NCBI GenBank assembly: GCA_022793655.1 | Contig: JAAWDG010000011.1 | Span: 37,729-101,728, forward strand | DNA length: 64,000 nt | Reading direction: 5' to 3' | Source: Clostridiales bacterium | GTDB taxonomy: Bacteria > Bacillota > Clostridia > Oscillospirales > CAG-272 | Shown here: positions 18,541 through 27,362 of the stretch, piece by piece | Position numbering within the stretch: position 1 is the first letter of the stretch | Layout: each line of letters opens with the position of its first letter | Translations under genes and position numbers: made by a program | The notes under the pieces: model-generated | Database searches by the model: none | What the model was told of the DNA's origin: nothing | The model's input: only the letters and a program-made list of their open reading frames with translations

Positions 18541-19131
18541 ATGGACGAAACAACGATTAAAAAAACGATTGCAGAAAATATAGCATATTATCGAAAAAAG
18601 ATTGGCTTGACACAATCAGAACTTTCCGAGAAGATTAATTATTCAGATAAATCAGTTTCAAAATGGGAGAGGGGCGATGGCCTGCCCGATGTGCTTGTGT
18701 TAAGCGAATTAGCCGAATTGTATGGCGTCACCTTAAATGATTTGGTTTCAGCCGGTCATAAAAAAGATCCAGCGAAAAGGCGAACGCGTATAAGAGTTTT
18801 TATTACGCTTTTGTCAGCGGGTCTGCCGTGGTTAGTGGCGGCCGTTGTTTATTTTATTATCAAGTTAGCTGCACCGGAATATGCCTATGCAGAGCATTTT
18901 TTTCTCTATGCGATTGCTGTCTGCGGCATTGTCTCCACCGTTTTAACGACTCTTTGGTTTTCATATCTTTGGCAAATGTTATCAGTATCCATGATTGTGT
19001 GGGGCGTGGCGGTATCAGTTCACTTTACCTGTCGCATTCCGGAGGCGATTTATATTTACATTATAGCCGCGGTCATGCAGATTTTAACCTTGTTTTGGTT
19101 TACCATGAAAAAATTGGGTAATAAAAATTAG
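18541..19131 (+). CDS. XRE-family HTH regulator with C-terminal TM helices
   Basis: GLTQSELSEKINYSDKSVSKWERGDGLPD followed by four hydrophobic segments. Confidence 0.85.
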   Translation: MDETTIKKTIAENIAYYRKKIGLTQSELSEKINYSDKSVSKWERGDGLPDVLVLSELAELYGVTLNDLVSAGHKKDPAKRRTRIRVFITLLSAGLPWLVAAVVYFIIKLAAPEYAYAEHFFLYAIAVCGIVSTVLTTLWFSYLWQMLSVSMIVWGVAVSVHFTCRIPEAIYIYIIAAVMQILTLFWFTMKKLGNKN

Positions 19132-19143
19132 AATGTAATAGGT

Positions 19144-19184
19144 AAAAAACGACTTTTCTGCGATAGCAGAAAAGCCGTTTTTTT
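19144..19184. terminator. bidirectional terminator
   Basis: AAAAAACGACTTTTCTGC..GCAGAAAAGCCGTTTTTTT between convergent genes. Confidence 0.8.
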
Positions 19185-19190
19185 AGTTCT

Positions 19191-21122
19191 TTACTTTATT
19201 TTATCATTGACTTCTTTTAGGGCTTTCTCAATGAAAGCGTCAACTGACATAGCGCCTAAATCTTCGCCTTTGCGGTTGCGTACCGAAACGGTGCCAGATT
19301 CCATTTCTTTTGCGCCGATAATCAGCATGTAAGGCAGCTTTTCAAGCTGTGCCTCACGAATTTTATAGCCAATTTTTTCATTTCGATCGTCAACGCTAAC
19401 TTTAAGTCCTATAGCCGTACAGCGGTTTGCAATTTCATGCGCGTAGTCAGCCTGTTCATCACCAATCGGCAGCAAACGAATTTGTTCAGGACTAAGCCAC
19501 ATGGGCAGTGCACCGGCATATTTTTCAATTAGCAGTGCCAAGGTTCTTTCGTAACAGCCGATGCTGGTACGGTGAATAATGTAAGGTGTTTTGGCTTTGC
19601 CATCCGAATCTGTATACTTCATGTCAAACTTTTCAGCTAAAAGCATGTCAATTTGAATGGTGATAATCGTATCTTCTTTGCCATGGACGTTTTTCATTTG
19701 AATGTCAAGTTTGGGGCCGTAGAATGCAGCTTCACCAATGCCGATTTCATAGTCAATACCCATGTTGTCTAAAATCTTACCCATAACAGCTTGGGCATGA
19801 TCCCATTGTTCGGTTGTTCCTTCAAATTTTTCTGTGTTCGTGGGATCCCATTGCGAGAAACGATAGGTACAGTCATCGGCAAGTCCCAGTGTTTCAAGCA
19901 TATGTTTTGCTAATGCGAAACAGCCTTTAAATTCTTCTTCTAACTGGTCAGGGCGGATGATGAGATGCCCCTCTGAAATCGTGAACTGCCGCACCCGGAT
20001 GAGGCCATGCATTTCACCTGAATCCTCATTACGGAATAGCGTAGAGGTTTCACCAAATCGCATGGGCAGATCACGATAGGAGCGTTTGCGGTTTAAATAT
20101 GCCTGGTATTGAAAAGGGCAGGTCATAGGTCGCAGGGCAAAACATTCTTTTGTTTCATCGTCTGGATCGCCTAAAATAAACATACCATCGCGGTAATGAT
20201 CCCAGTGTCCTGAGATTTTATAGAGATCTCTTTTAGCCATGAAGGGTGTTTTGGTGAGCAGGTAGCCTCTTTTTTCCTCTTCATCCTCTACCCAGCGCTG
20301 CAATGTTTGAATGACTCTAGCGCCTTTAGGTAAGAGAATTGGCAAGCCTTGGCCAATTACCTCTGAAGTCATGAAAAATTCAAGTTCACGTCCTAATTTA
20401 TTGTGATCTCTTTTTTGTGCCTCTTCGACTTGTGTTAAATAGGCATTTAATTGATCTTTGGCTGGAAAGGCCGTGCCATAAATACGCTGCAGCTGCTTGT
20501 TTTTGGCGTTGCCTTCCCAATAAGCGCCTGTACACTGGGTTAGCTTCAGCGCTTTAATGGCACCCGTGGAAAATAGGTGAGGACCTGCGCAAAGATCGAT
20601 AAAATCTCCTTGTTTATAGAAGCTGATCTCTTCGCCTTCCGGCACTTTTTCAATTAATAATACTTTATAGGGTTCGCCTTTTTCCTGCATCAGTTTAATG
20701 GCCTCATCGCGGGGCAGGCAAAAGCGTTCTAAACGTTGATTTTCTTTGACGATTTTTTTCATTTCTGCTTCGATTTTAGCAAGGATATCAGCCGAAAAGG
20801 GAACTTCTGAATCAAAGTCGTAATAGAATCCGTTGTCAATCGCAGGGCCAATGGTCAACTTTACTTCGGGAAATAAACGTTTGACTGCTTGCGCCAATAC
20901 ATGAGAGGCGGTGTGCCAAAAAACTTTTTTGCCGCCGGTCGATGCAAAAGTAAGCGGAACAAGTTCGCAATCGGTATCAATGGTGGTTGTTAAATCACAT
21001 GTTTTACCGTTTATTTCACAAGCAAGAATATCACGGCTGACCGGACCTTGCGAAGCAAGTGCTTCGTAAGCGGTAAGAGGCTGTTCGAAGCAAAGCTCTT
21101 TTTGTTCTACGTTGATTTTCAT
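19191..21122 (-). CDS. thrS: threonine--tRNA ligase
   Basis: HTASH, DLCAGPH, RDHNKLG, RPMTCP, GLIRVRQF, AFYGPKLD. Confidence 0.97.
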   Translation of the reverse strand: MKINVEQKELCFEQPLTAYEALASQGPVSRDILACEINGKTCDLTTTIDTDCELVPLTFASTGGKKVFWHTASHVLAQAVKRLFPEVKLTIGPAIDNGFYYDFDSEVPFSADILAKIEAEMKKIVKENQRLERFCLPRDEAIKLMQEKGEPYKVLLIEKVPEGEEISFYKQGDFIDLCAGPHLFSTGAIKALKLTQCTGAYWEGNAKNKQLQRIYGTAFPAKDQLNAYLTQVEEAQKRDHNKLGRELEFFMTSEVIGQGLPILLPKGARVIQTLQRWVEDEEEKRGYLLTKTPFMAKRDLYKISGHWDHYRDGMFILGDPDDETKECFALRPMTCPFQYQAYLNRKRSYRDLPMRFGETSTLFRNEDSGEMHGLIRVRQFTISEGHLIIRPDQLEEEFKGCFALAKHMLETLGLADDCTYRFSQWDPTNTEKFEGTTEQWDHAQAVMGKILDNMGIDYEIGIGEAAFYGPKLDIQMKNVHGKEDTIITIQIDMLLAEKFDMKYTDSDGKAKTPYIIHRTSIGCYERTLALLIEKYAGALPMWLSPEQIRLLPIGDEQADYAHEIANRCTAIGLKVSVDDRNEKIGYKIREAQLEKLPYMLIIGAKEMESGTVSVRNRKGEDLGAMSVDAFIEKALKEVNDKIK

Positions 21123-21139
21123 GATGCATACTCCTTAAT

Positions 21140-21482
21140 ATAAAATAAACACCCCGGACACATGTGTCCGGGGTGTAGATTGCGGTATCGTTCAATCTGC
21201 ACGGTTCCACCCGAGCTTTTCTCTCATTTCATATAATGAAGACACCATAAAGCAAATACAAACATAACAAGGTGTCTTCTTGAAAATTCACCGCTAAAGC
21301 AGTGCATTTTCCAACGCTTACTCGTTTAACGAAGACACCATAAAGCAAATACAAACATAACAAGGTGTCTTTACGCTTTATGGTATAATATAAAAATGGT
21401 AAGTGGTATTTTTATAATGTCTACCGCGGTTTCACACCCACGCCGCTCTCTTGAGGCGACCTTTTATAAAAACATATCTTAC
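21140..21482 (-). ncRNA. T-box riboswitch leader (Thr) of thrS
   Basis: minus strand: TTGACA-17-TAAGAT promoter (21517-21489); stem I with AGAGA and GGTGTGAA loops; ACC specifier (21407-21405); T-box GGGTGGAACCGTG (~21212-21200); terminator ACACCCCGGACAC/GTGTCCGGGGTGT plus U tract. Confidence 0.88.
21238..21371. repeat. two identical 41-nt direct repeats (21238-21278, 21331-21371) with 52-nt spacer
   Basis: GAAGACACCATAAAGCAAATACAAACATAACAAGGTGTCTT read twice; self-complementary ends AAGACACC/GGTGTCTT. Confidence 0.93.
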
Positions 21483-21579
21483 AATAGCATCTTACCATAT
21501 GCGTATTTTTTTGTCAAGGGCGAGTTGACAAAAAAGTCGCGCTGTGCTAAAATAGCGCCTGAAAATGGGGGGCGACGTC

Positions 21580-22383
21580 ATGGCGAAATATGCGTTTTTT
21601 CTGGATATAGACGGCACACTGCTCGACACGGCTTCGGTTGTGTCAGAAGAGAACAAAGCGGCTTTATGCTATGCAAAAGAGCAGGGATGTAAGATCTTTG
21701 TGAATACAGGACGCGGATATGCTTGTATTCCCGATGAAATTTTATCTTTGCCGCTTGACGGTATTGTGGCCGGTTGTGGTTGCACTGTTTTGTATGGAGG
21801 CAAAGTCGTTCATTCCGAAGTGGTGCCGAACGAGGCAATTTATTCCTATTTAAAAGGTATTGAAAAGCGTAAACAAAGTGCTTTTTTAGAAGGAGAAAAT
21901 TGTCTGTTTCGGATGAATTGCGAGCCGACTGATGCGAAGATAGGTACTCCGCTTGGTGAATACTGCCATGCTGCACGCTTAGATTTTTCGCTTTGGCAGC
22001 CGCTTGTCGGCGCCGGTGACTTTTTGAAGTATCCGCAGCCGCGTATCCCTAAACTTAACTTAGTTGGTTCATTTAATAAAGAACTGCTGTTAGATTATCA
22101 AGAACATTTTGACGGTGTCATTGATGAAGTTAAATGTGAAATGTACACAAAAGGTCACAGCAAAGCGACGGGTTTACGTCTAATCATGCAAGATTATCTG
22201 CCTGGCTTTTGTAGCGTGGCCATAGGTGACAGCGTAAATGATATTGATATGTTTCGTGCAGCTGATATTTCGGTGGCTATGGGCAACGCGAGTGAAGTTG
22301 TCAAGCAGCTATGCATAAAACAAACGGCTGCTGCAGATGATAATGGCGTAGGAAAAGCGATTATGCAGCTGCTTCATGGATAA
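21580..22383 (+). CDS. Cof-type HAD-superfamily hydrolase
   Basis: FLDIDGTL, NTGR, SKATG, GDSVNDIDM, AMGNA. Confidence 0.92.
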   Translation: MAKYAFFLDIDGTLLDTASVVSEENKAALCYAKEQGCKIFVNTGRGYACIPDEILSLPLDGIVAGCGCTVLYGGKVVHSEVVPNEAIYSYLKGIEKRKQSAFLEGENCLFRMNCEPTDAKIGTPLGEYCHAARLDFSLWQPLVGAGDFLKYPQPRIPKLNLVGSFNKELLLDYQEHFDGVIDEVKCEMYTKGHSKATGLRLIMQDYLPGFCSVAIGDSVNDIDMFRAADISVAMGNASEVVKQLCIKQTAAADDNGVGKAIMQLLHG

Positions 22384-22486
22384 AAATTCCTTGACAGGGT
22401 AAACTTGTTATGGTATACTGAATAGGCAAGTGTAGTCATAATATCGATAAATATTATTTTATTGAGTTTGATAACGCCCAAGATAC

Positions 22487-22579
22487 GGAGAAGTCGCGTA
22501 GCCTGGTCGAGCGCGCGCGATTGGAAATCGCGTAAACGGCAAAACCGTTTCGAGAGTTCGAATCTCTCCTTCTCCGCCA
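22487..22579 (+). tRNA. tRNA-Ser (anticodon GGA)
   Basis: GGAGAAG/CTTCTCC acceptor, CGCGA-TTGGAAA-TCGCG anticodon arm, long variable arm, GTTCGAATC T loop, encoded CCA. Confidence 0.96.
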
Positions 22580-22619
22580 AAAAGCGACGATTTTCGACAG
22601 AGAATTGTCGCTTTTTTTG
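22579..22619 (+). terminator. terminator after tRNA-Ser
   Basis: AAAAAGCGACGATTTTC..GAGAATTGTCGCTTTTTTT. Confidence 0.75.
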
Positions 22620-22693
22620 TTTTTATCGAGTTGTAGTTTGTTGGCTGATATAATATATTTTTGCATAAGATAAAATGGAAATGGGTGTCACTA

Positions 22694-23113
22694 ATGAAAA
22701 GAATTTTAAATTGTATAGTATCTGTATTTGTGATCTTAGTTATCATTTTTTCTTTTGTTGGGTGTTCGGGTGGTATCAGCAATAATGATGCCAAGGCATA
22801 TACCAGGGATTTTTTAGATGCAATAGAGGCGAAAGATTATGAACATGCAGCGACTTTTCTTCATCCTGAAAGACCAGTTGACCTTGAACCCTTTTTTGAA
22901 GGTTTGAAAAGCGAGGAAAACATGGACTTTTCAACCATTGAGATAACAAAATATACCGGTTTTTCATCTTCTTATTATGACAGTACTGTTGAAGGCTCCG
23001 CTTATAGTTTGAGCATGAATGTCAAAGTGGGCGATGATGAAATCAAAATGGAAATAGAAATTGTCAAAAACGACAATGGATATGGCATCTATAACTTAGA
23101 TATTGACATCTGA
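22694..23113 (+). CDS. small lipoprotein of unknown function
   Basis: MKR + hydrophobic signal + FVGC lipobox; acidic alpha/beta body. Confidence 0.75.
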   Translation: MKRILNCIVSVFVILVIIFSFVGCSGGISNNDAKAYTRDFLDAIEAKDYEHAATFLHPERPVDLEPFFEGLKSEENMDFSTIEITKYTGFSSSYYDSTVEGSAYSLSMNVKVGDDEIKMEIEIVKNDNGYGIYNLDIDI

Positions 23114-23120
23114 AAATTGA

Positions 23121-23619
23121 GTACGGGAGTTCAAATCATTCAGCCCCGTGGAACAATTTTTTGTGCTGGATGCGGAAAGAATCGTGTGCATTTAGACTAA
23201 CACAAATCGGCAAATTGAAGCTTTACAGTCTCCCAAAAACGAAAAGATGAAATGCAACGTTTGTTATACCATTCGTATGTTTTGCCTCGAAATTGCAATA
23301 AAGTATTTTTTCTTGCTTATATACGCTGTCTATGTTTTCTGCAATGCTGTATAACAGCTGTTTTTCACGTGTCAGTTCATATTTGATGGCATTTTGGTCC
23401 ATTTTGAAAATCGATTGCAGCAAGCGTGGTATGAGCGAGTTAGAGAAAGCATTAGATGCAAGCGGATTTGTCAAAATCAACGCAAGTCAGCTTATTCATG
23501 TGAAATATATAGAGAAGCTGAAAAACAATTCGATTACATTAACAACAGGCGATGTTTTAAACGCTTCAAGACAGTGCAGTGCAGCGCTGAAACGCAAATG
23601 TAAAATGTATATGCGCTAA
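23121..23619 (+). pseudogene. LytTR DNA-binding domain remnant
   Basis: C-terminal MSELEKALDASGFVKINASQLIHVKYIEKL..ITLTTGDVLNASR is LytTR-like; possible N-terminal piece VLDAERIVCI*TNTNRQI in another frame with an in-frame stop; no credible start. Confidence 0.6.
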
Positions 23620-23694
23620 GCGGGACATGAGTGAAAACACCATTGATATCTGAACTCATAAAGTTTGGACTCAATGGTGTTTTTTGTTGCGCTC

Positions 23695-23730
23695 TTGACA
23701 AAAGTTCGACATGTAATTATAATTATTACA
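23695..23730 (+). promoter_or_regulatory. sigma-A promoter with overlapping palindromic operator for the Rrf2 gene
   Basis: TTGACA-17-TATAAT; TGTAAT-N7-ATTACA palindrome (23712-23730) centred on the -10. Confidence 0.75.
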
Positions 23731-23742
23731 GGTGATAAAATT

Positions 23743-24174
23743 ATGAGAATCAATACACGATTTACAGTTGCGGTACATATTCTTGCTTTAATTGCGCTAA
23801 ATGGTGATAGCCCCACGGCATCGGTCATGATGTCTATGAGCGTAGGCAGTCATCCGGTTGCCATTAGACAAGTGATGTCTTCCTTGAAAAAAGCAGGAAT
23901 TATTGAAACACAGAATGGGCTTCCCGGCGGGCGATTATTAAAATCGCAGGAAGAAATAACTCTGTATGAAATATATCAATCAGTTAAGAAAAAGGATTCC
24001 ACCTTGTTTGATTTTCATCCGAAGCCAAATCCCTTATGTCCTGTCGGAAGAAACATTAAAAGAGCAATGACCCCTTCGCTTTGCGCTGCTCAGACGGCAA
24101 TGGAAGATGCGCTGAAAACGTATAGTCTTAAAGACATTACAAGCAGCATTTTAGCAGATGTGCGTGGAGAGTAA
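23743..24174 (+). CDS. Rrf2-family regulator (YwnA/HypR-like)
   Basis: MRINTRFTVAVHIL, SVGSHPVAIRQVM, ITLYEIY, HPKPNPLCPVGRNI. Confidence 0.9.
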   Translation: MRINTRFTVAVHILALIALNGDSPTASVMMSMSVGSHPVAIRQVMSSLKKAGIIETQNGLPGGRLLKSQEEITLYEIYQSVKKKDSTLFDFHPKPNPLCPVGRNIKRAMTPSLCAAQTAMEDALKTYSLKDITSSILADVRGE

Positions 24175-24207
24175 ACGATATACTATTATAATAAAGAGGC
24201 AGATGAA

Positions 24208-25065
24208 ATGAGCAATATAGAAAAAGTCGGAATTATTGATGTTGGGGGTGGATTTCGCGGCATTTATGCGGCCGGGATATTTGATCGCTGCATGGATGAG
24301 GCGCTCACCTTTGATGTTTGTATCGGTGTTTCAGCTGGCAGTGCAAATACTGTGTCGTTTTTGGCAAATCAAAAGGGGAGAATACACAAGTTTCTCACGG
24401 AATATGCTTTTCGAAAGGAATGGATGGGTTTTCATATTTGGCTAAAAACAGGGTCATATGTCAATTTGCCATATATGTATAGCACACTTTCTAATCATGA
24501 TGGAGAATACCCTTTAGATTATCAGAAGATTGCAGAAAATCCGTCAGGGCTTGTGATTGTCGCAACCGATGCGAAAACTGGTATGCCAAAATATTTTGAA
24601 AAAAGCAATCTTCAGCAAGACCATTATGAAATCTGTATGGCTTCTTCTACCTTGCCTTTTGTGAATAAACCCTATGGAATAGACGGTGTTTTATATTACG
24701 ATGGCGCACTTGGTGATCCTGTACCAGTGAAGAAAGCATTTGAAATGGGCTGTGAAAAGATTGTTCTCATCTTGACTAAGCCTGTCAATGTTCCCCGGCA
24801 GCAGGGGCATGATAAAAGAATTGCCAAAGCGATTCAAAAGAAATATCCCAAAGCTGCTGAAGCCCTGTTACGTCGTGCTGAAAACTATAACAAAGGGGTT
24901 GAACTGGCAAGGAAATACGAAAATGAAGGAAAAGCGTTGATTATTGCGCCGGACGATACCTGTGGGATAGACACAATTCGCCGGGATAAAGCGGCCATGG
25001 AACGTCTCTATCAAAAAGGATATCAAGATGCGCAGCGGATTAAACAATTTATCTACAAAGGATAA
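24208..25065 (+). CDS. patatin-family phospholipase
   Basis: GGGFRG, GVSAG, DGA motifs. Confidence 0.92.
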   Translation: MSNIEKVGIIDVGGGFRGIYAAGIFDRCMDEALTFDVCIGVSAGSANTVSFLANQKGRIHKFLTEYAFRKEWMGFHIWLKTGSYVNLPYMYSTLSNHDGEYPLDYQKIAENPSGLVIVATDAKTGMPKYFEKSNLQQDHYEICMASSTLPFVNKPYGIDGVLYYDGALGDPVPVKKAFEMGCEKIVLILTKPVNVPRQQGHDKRIAKAIQKKYPKAAEALLRRAENYNKGVELARKYENEGKALIIAPDDTCGIDTIRRDKAAMERLYQKGYQDAQRIKQFIYKG

Positions 25066-25094
25066 ATTGCTCATCATTTGAATGATTTTGTGAG

Positions 25095-25856
25095 GTGGTA
25101 AGTATGAAAATTTGCAAGATTTTATTTAGTCCTACAGGCGGCACCGCCAAAGTCGCCGATATTCTGTCGAGTGCGCTTGGCACAGAAGTTGAAACAATCG
25201 ATTTATCAAAAGCGGCATTTGCAGGCTGCCGCTTGAATGGCGATCAGATTGTTGTAATCGCCATGCCTTCTTTTGGCGGTCGTGCCCCCAAGGTTGCGAT
25301 TGACCGATTGAAAATGGTACAGGCAAATGGCGCCAAGGCCGTTGTAGTTGCCGTTTACGGGAATCGAGAGCAGGAGGATACCTTGATTGAGATGGCAGAC
25401 ACTGCAAAAGAATGCGGTTTTGAAGTGATAGCGGGAATATCGGCTATTGCAGAACATTCGATTGCTCATCAGTATGCCACGGGTAGACCGGATCAAACGG
25501 ACGAAGAGCAACTGAAGCGCTTCGCAGAAATCATTACCCAAAAATTGGATAGCGGTTCCATGATTGCCCCTAAGATTCCTGGAAATCGTCCATACAAGAA
25601 AGCGGGCGTTGGAATGGTGCCGAAATCTTCTGCTGCCTGTGTGTCTTGCGGCCTTTGTGCAGAAAAATGCCCTGTGGGAGCGATAGACAAGAACGATCCA
25701 AAAAAGACGGATAAAAATGCTTGTATGAATTGTATGCGTTGTGTTGCTATTTGTCCGCAGCAGGCAAGAACGGTGAGTCCTCTAATGGTCAAGGCTGTAG
25801 GCGCAGCGCTGAAAAAAGCTTGCAGCGAAAGAAAGGAAAATAAGCTGTTTGATTGA
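25095..25856 (+). CDS. flavodoxin-like plus 2x[4Fe-4S] ferredoxin protein (EFR1-like)
   Basis: FSPTGGT, YGNR, CVSCGLCAEKCP and CMNCMRCVAICP. Confidence 0.88.
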   Translation: MVSMKICKILFSPTGGTAKVADILSSALGTEVETIDLSKAAFAGCRLNGDQIVVIAMPSFGGRAPKVAIDRLKMVQANGAKAVVVAVYGNREQEDTLIEMADTAKECGFEVIAGISAIAEHSIAHQYATGRPDQTDEEQLKRFAEIITQKLDSGSMIAPKIPGNRPYKKAGVGMVPKSSAACVSCGLCAEKCPVGAIDKNDPKKTDKNACMNCMRCVAICPQQARTVSPLMVKAVGAALKKACSERKENKLFD

Positions 25857-26153
25857 GGATAGGCACTTGCTTCCTTAAAAGCAAAAATGGACCTTATCGA
25901 TATAATTTTTGCTGAAATAAAGATTACTTATCAATAAAACACCGCCTGAATTGAACTCGCTGTGGTTTGAATCTGGTGGTGTTTTGTTTTATAGTGCAGA
26001 ATGAAATCGGCATTTTGGGGCTATTTTCGCGATTTGGGTTCAAAAAGGAAAGTTTCAATATTTGCAGACAAGTGAATGATTTACAGATCGACAAAAATGT
26101 AAGAGACGCATATGATGATAGCAACCAGTAATCGTATAAGGGGAGAATCATAT

Positions 26154-27110
26154 ATGAAACGATGTGTTCCATTAGAACCTGCCGCAGAGATGGTCTGCGA
26201 TCAAAACGCTGTGCCTCCGTTGATTTTTCAACTGCCGCCTGAGCAGGGCAGAATGATATTGGAAAAAGCGCAGGATGCGCCGGTATATAAATATCCCGCC
26301 CATATATCGTCCACTTGCATAACTACCGGGAATTGGGGCAGTATACCGGTGTATTTTATTACACCGAAGGAGGTAGAGGTAAGAAATATCATCTTTTATA
26401 TTCACGGTGCGGGATGGGTGTTCGGTAGTTTCCATACGCATGAGAAATTGGTGCGAGAGCTTTCGGCAAGGACAAACTCATTAGTTGTATTCCCAGAATA
26501 CAGCCGCTCGCCCGAAGCAAAATATCCGACAGCGATTGAACAATGTTATTTTATACTTTCTCATTTATGGGAAATCATTGGCAATCACTATCCCATGATC
26601 AATCCTTCTGCACTTACGGTTGCAGGCGACAGTGTCGGCGGCAATATGGCAGCCGCCATGGTGTTGATGTCCATGATGCGTCATGGTCCTGACATTCACA
26701 AACTGCTCTTGTATTACCCGGTAACAAATGCGTTTTTTGATACGCCCAGCTACCGTCAGTTCGCCGTGGATTATTATTTGTACCGCGATGGAATGAAATG
26801 GTTTTGGCGGCAATATACAACTTCGATGGAGGATCGAAATCAAATCACCGCATCGCCTCTTTGTGCAAGCATAGATTGTTTGAAGCGTTTTCCCCAAACA
26901 ATGATTATTAACGGTCAGGCAGATGTTTTGCGCAGTGAAGGCGAAGCCTTTGGCGAAAAACTTCGCTGTGCGGGTGTAGAGGTAACCGCGGTAAGAGTGC
27001 AGGGGACAATTCATGATTTTGTCATGTTAAATGCGCTTGATCAAACCAATGCATGCCGTACGGCCATGGACATTTCAACTGGGTGGATAAACCGCAAAAA
27101 TTCTTTCTAA
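26154..27110 (+). CDS. alpha/beta hydrolase (HSL-family esterase)
   Basis: HGAGW, GDSVGG, DVLRSEG, HDF. Confidence 0.9.
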   Translation: MKRCVPLEPAAEMVCDQNAVPPLIFQLPPEQGRMILEKAQDAPVYKYPAHISSTCITTGNWGSIPVYFITPKEVEVRNIIFYIHGAGWVFGSFHTHEKLVRELSARTNSLVVFPEYSRSPEAKYPTAIEQCYFILSHLWEIIGNHYPMINPSALTVAGDSVGGNMAAAMVLMSMMRHGPDIHKLLLYYPVTNAFFDTPSYRQFAVDYYLYRDGMKWFWRQYTTSMEDRNQITASPLCASIDCLKRFPQTMIINGQADVLRSEGEAFGEKLRCAGVEVTAVRVQGTIHDFVMLNALDQTNACRTAMDISTGWINRKNSF

Positions 27111-27127
27111 CAGACTACTTAATTAAT

Positions 27128-27169
27128 AACAATAATAAAAGAAGCCTTGGGGCTTCTTTTATTATTGTT
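27128..27169 (+). terminator. intrinsic terminator
   Basis: AACAATAATAAAAGAAGCC-ttgg-GGCTTCTTTTATTATTGTT. Confidence 0.8.
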
Positions 27170-27362
27170 TTATATATGGCAAGGACCATAAAAAAGAATG
27201 ATGGTTATCATTTGTTGCATTTTGACGAAAAGCAAAGTTAAAATGAAAACTTTTATATGAATTTATATTTTTTTGATTAGAAATAAAAAAGAAGCCATAA
27301 TAATAACAGAAAATAAGATCATTCCAATCAAGGAATTTGTGTTTTACACCGAGGAGGCAAAA

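Noticed and set aside
21238-21371. Two 41-nt repeats as a mini-CRISPR
   Set aside because: Only two repeats, a 52-nt self-folding spacer, located inside a T-box leader, and no cas genes.
22374-22794. Short ORFs overlapping tRNA-Ser (e.g. MAEKERFELS..)
   Set aside because: Typical spurious translations of a tRNA gene.
23124-23137. CGGGAGTTCAAATC as an att duplicate of the tRNA-Ser T arm
   Set aside because: Only 12 of 14 nt match, the match does not extend into the acceptor stem, and there is no integrase; chance is plausible.
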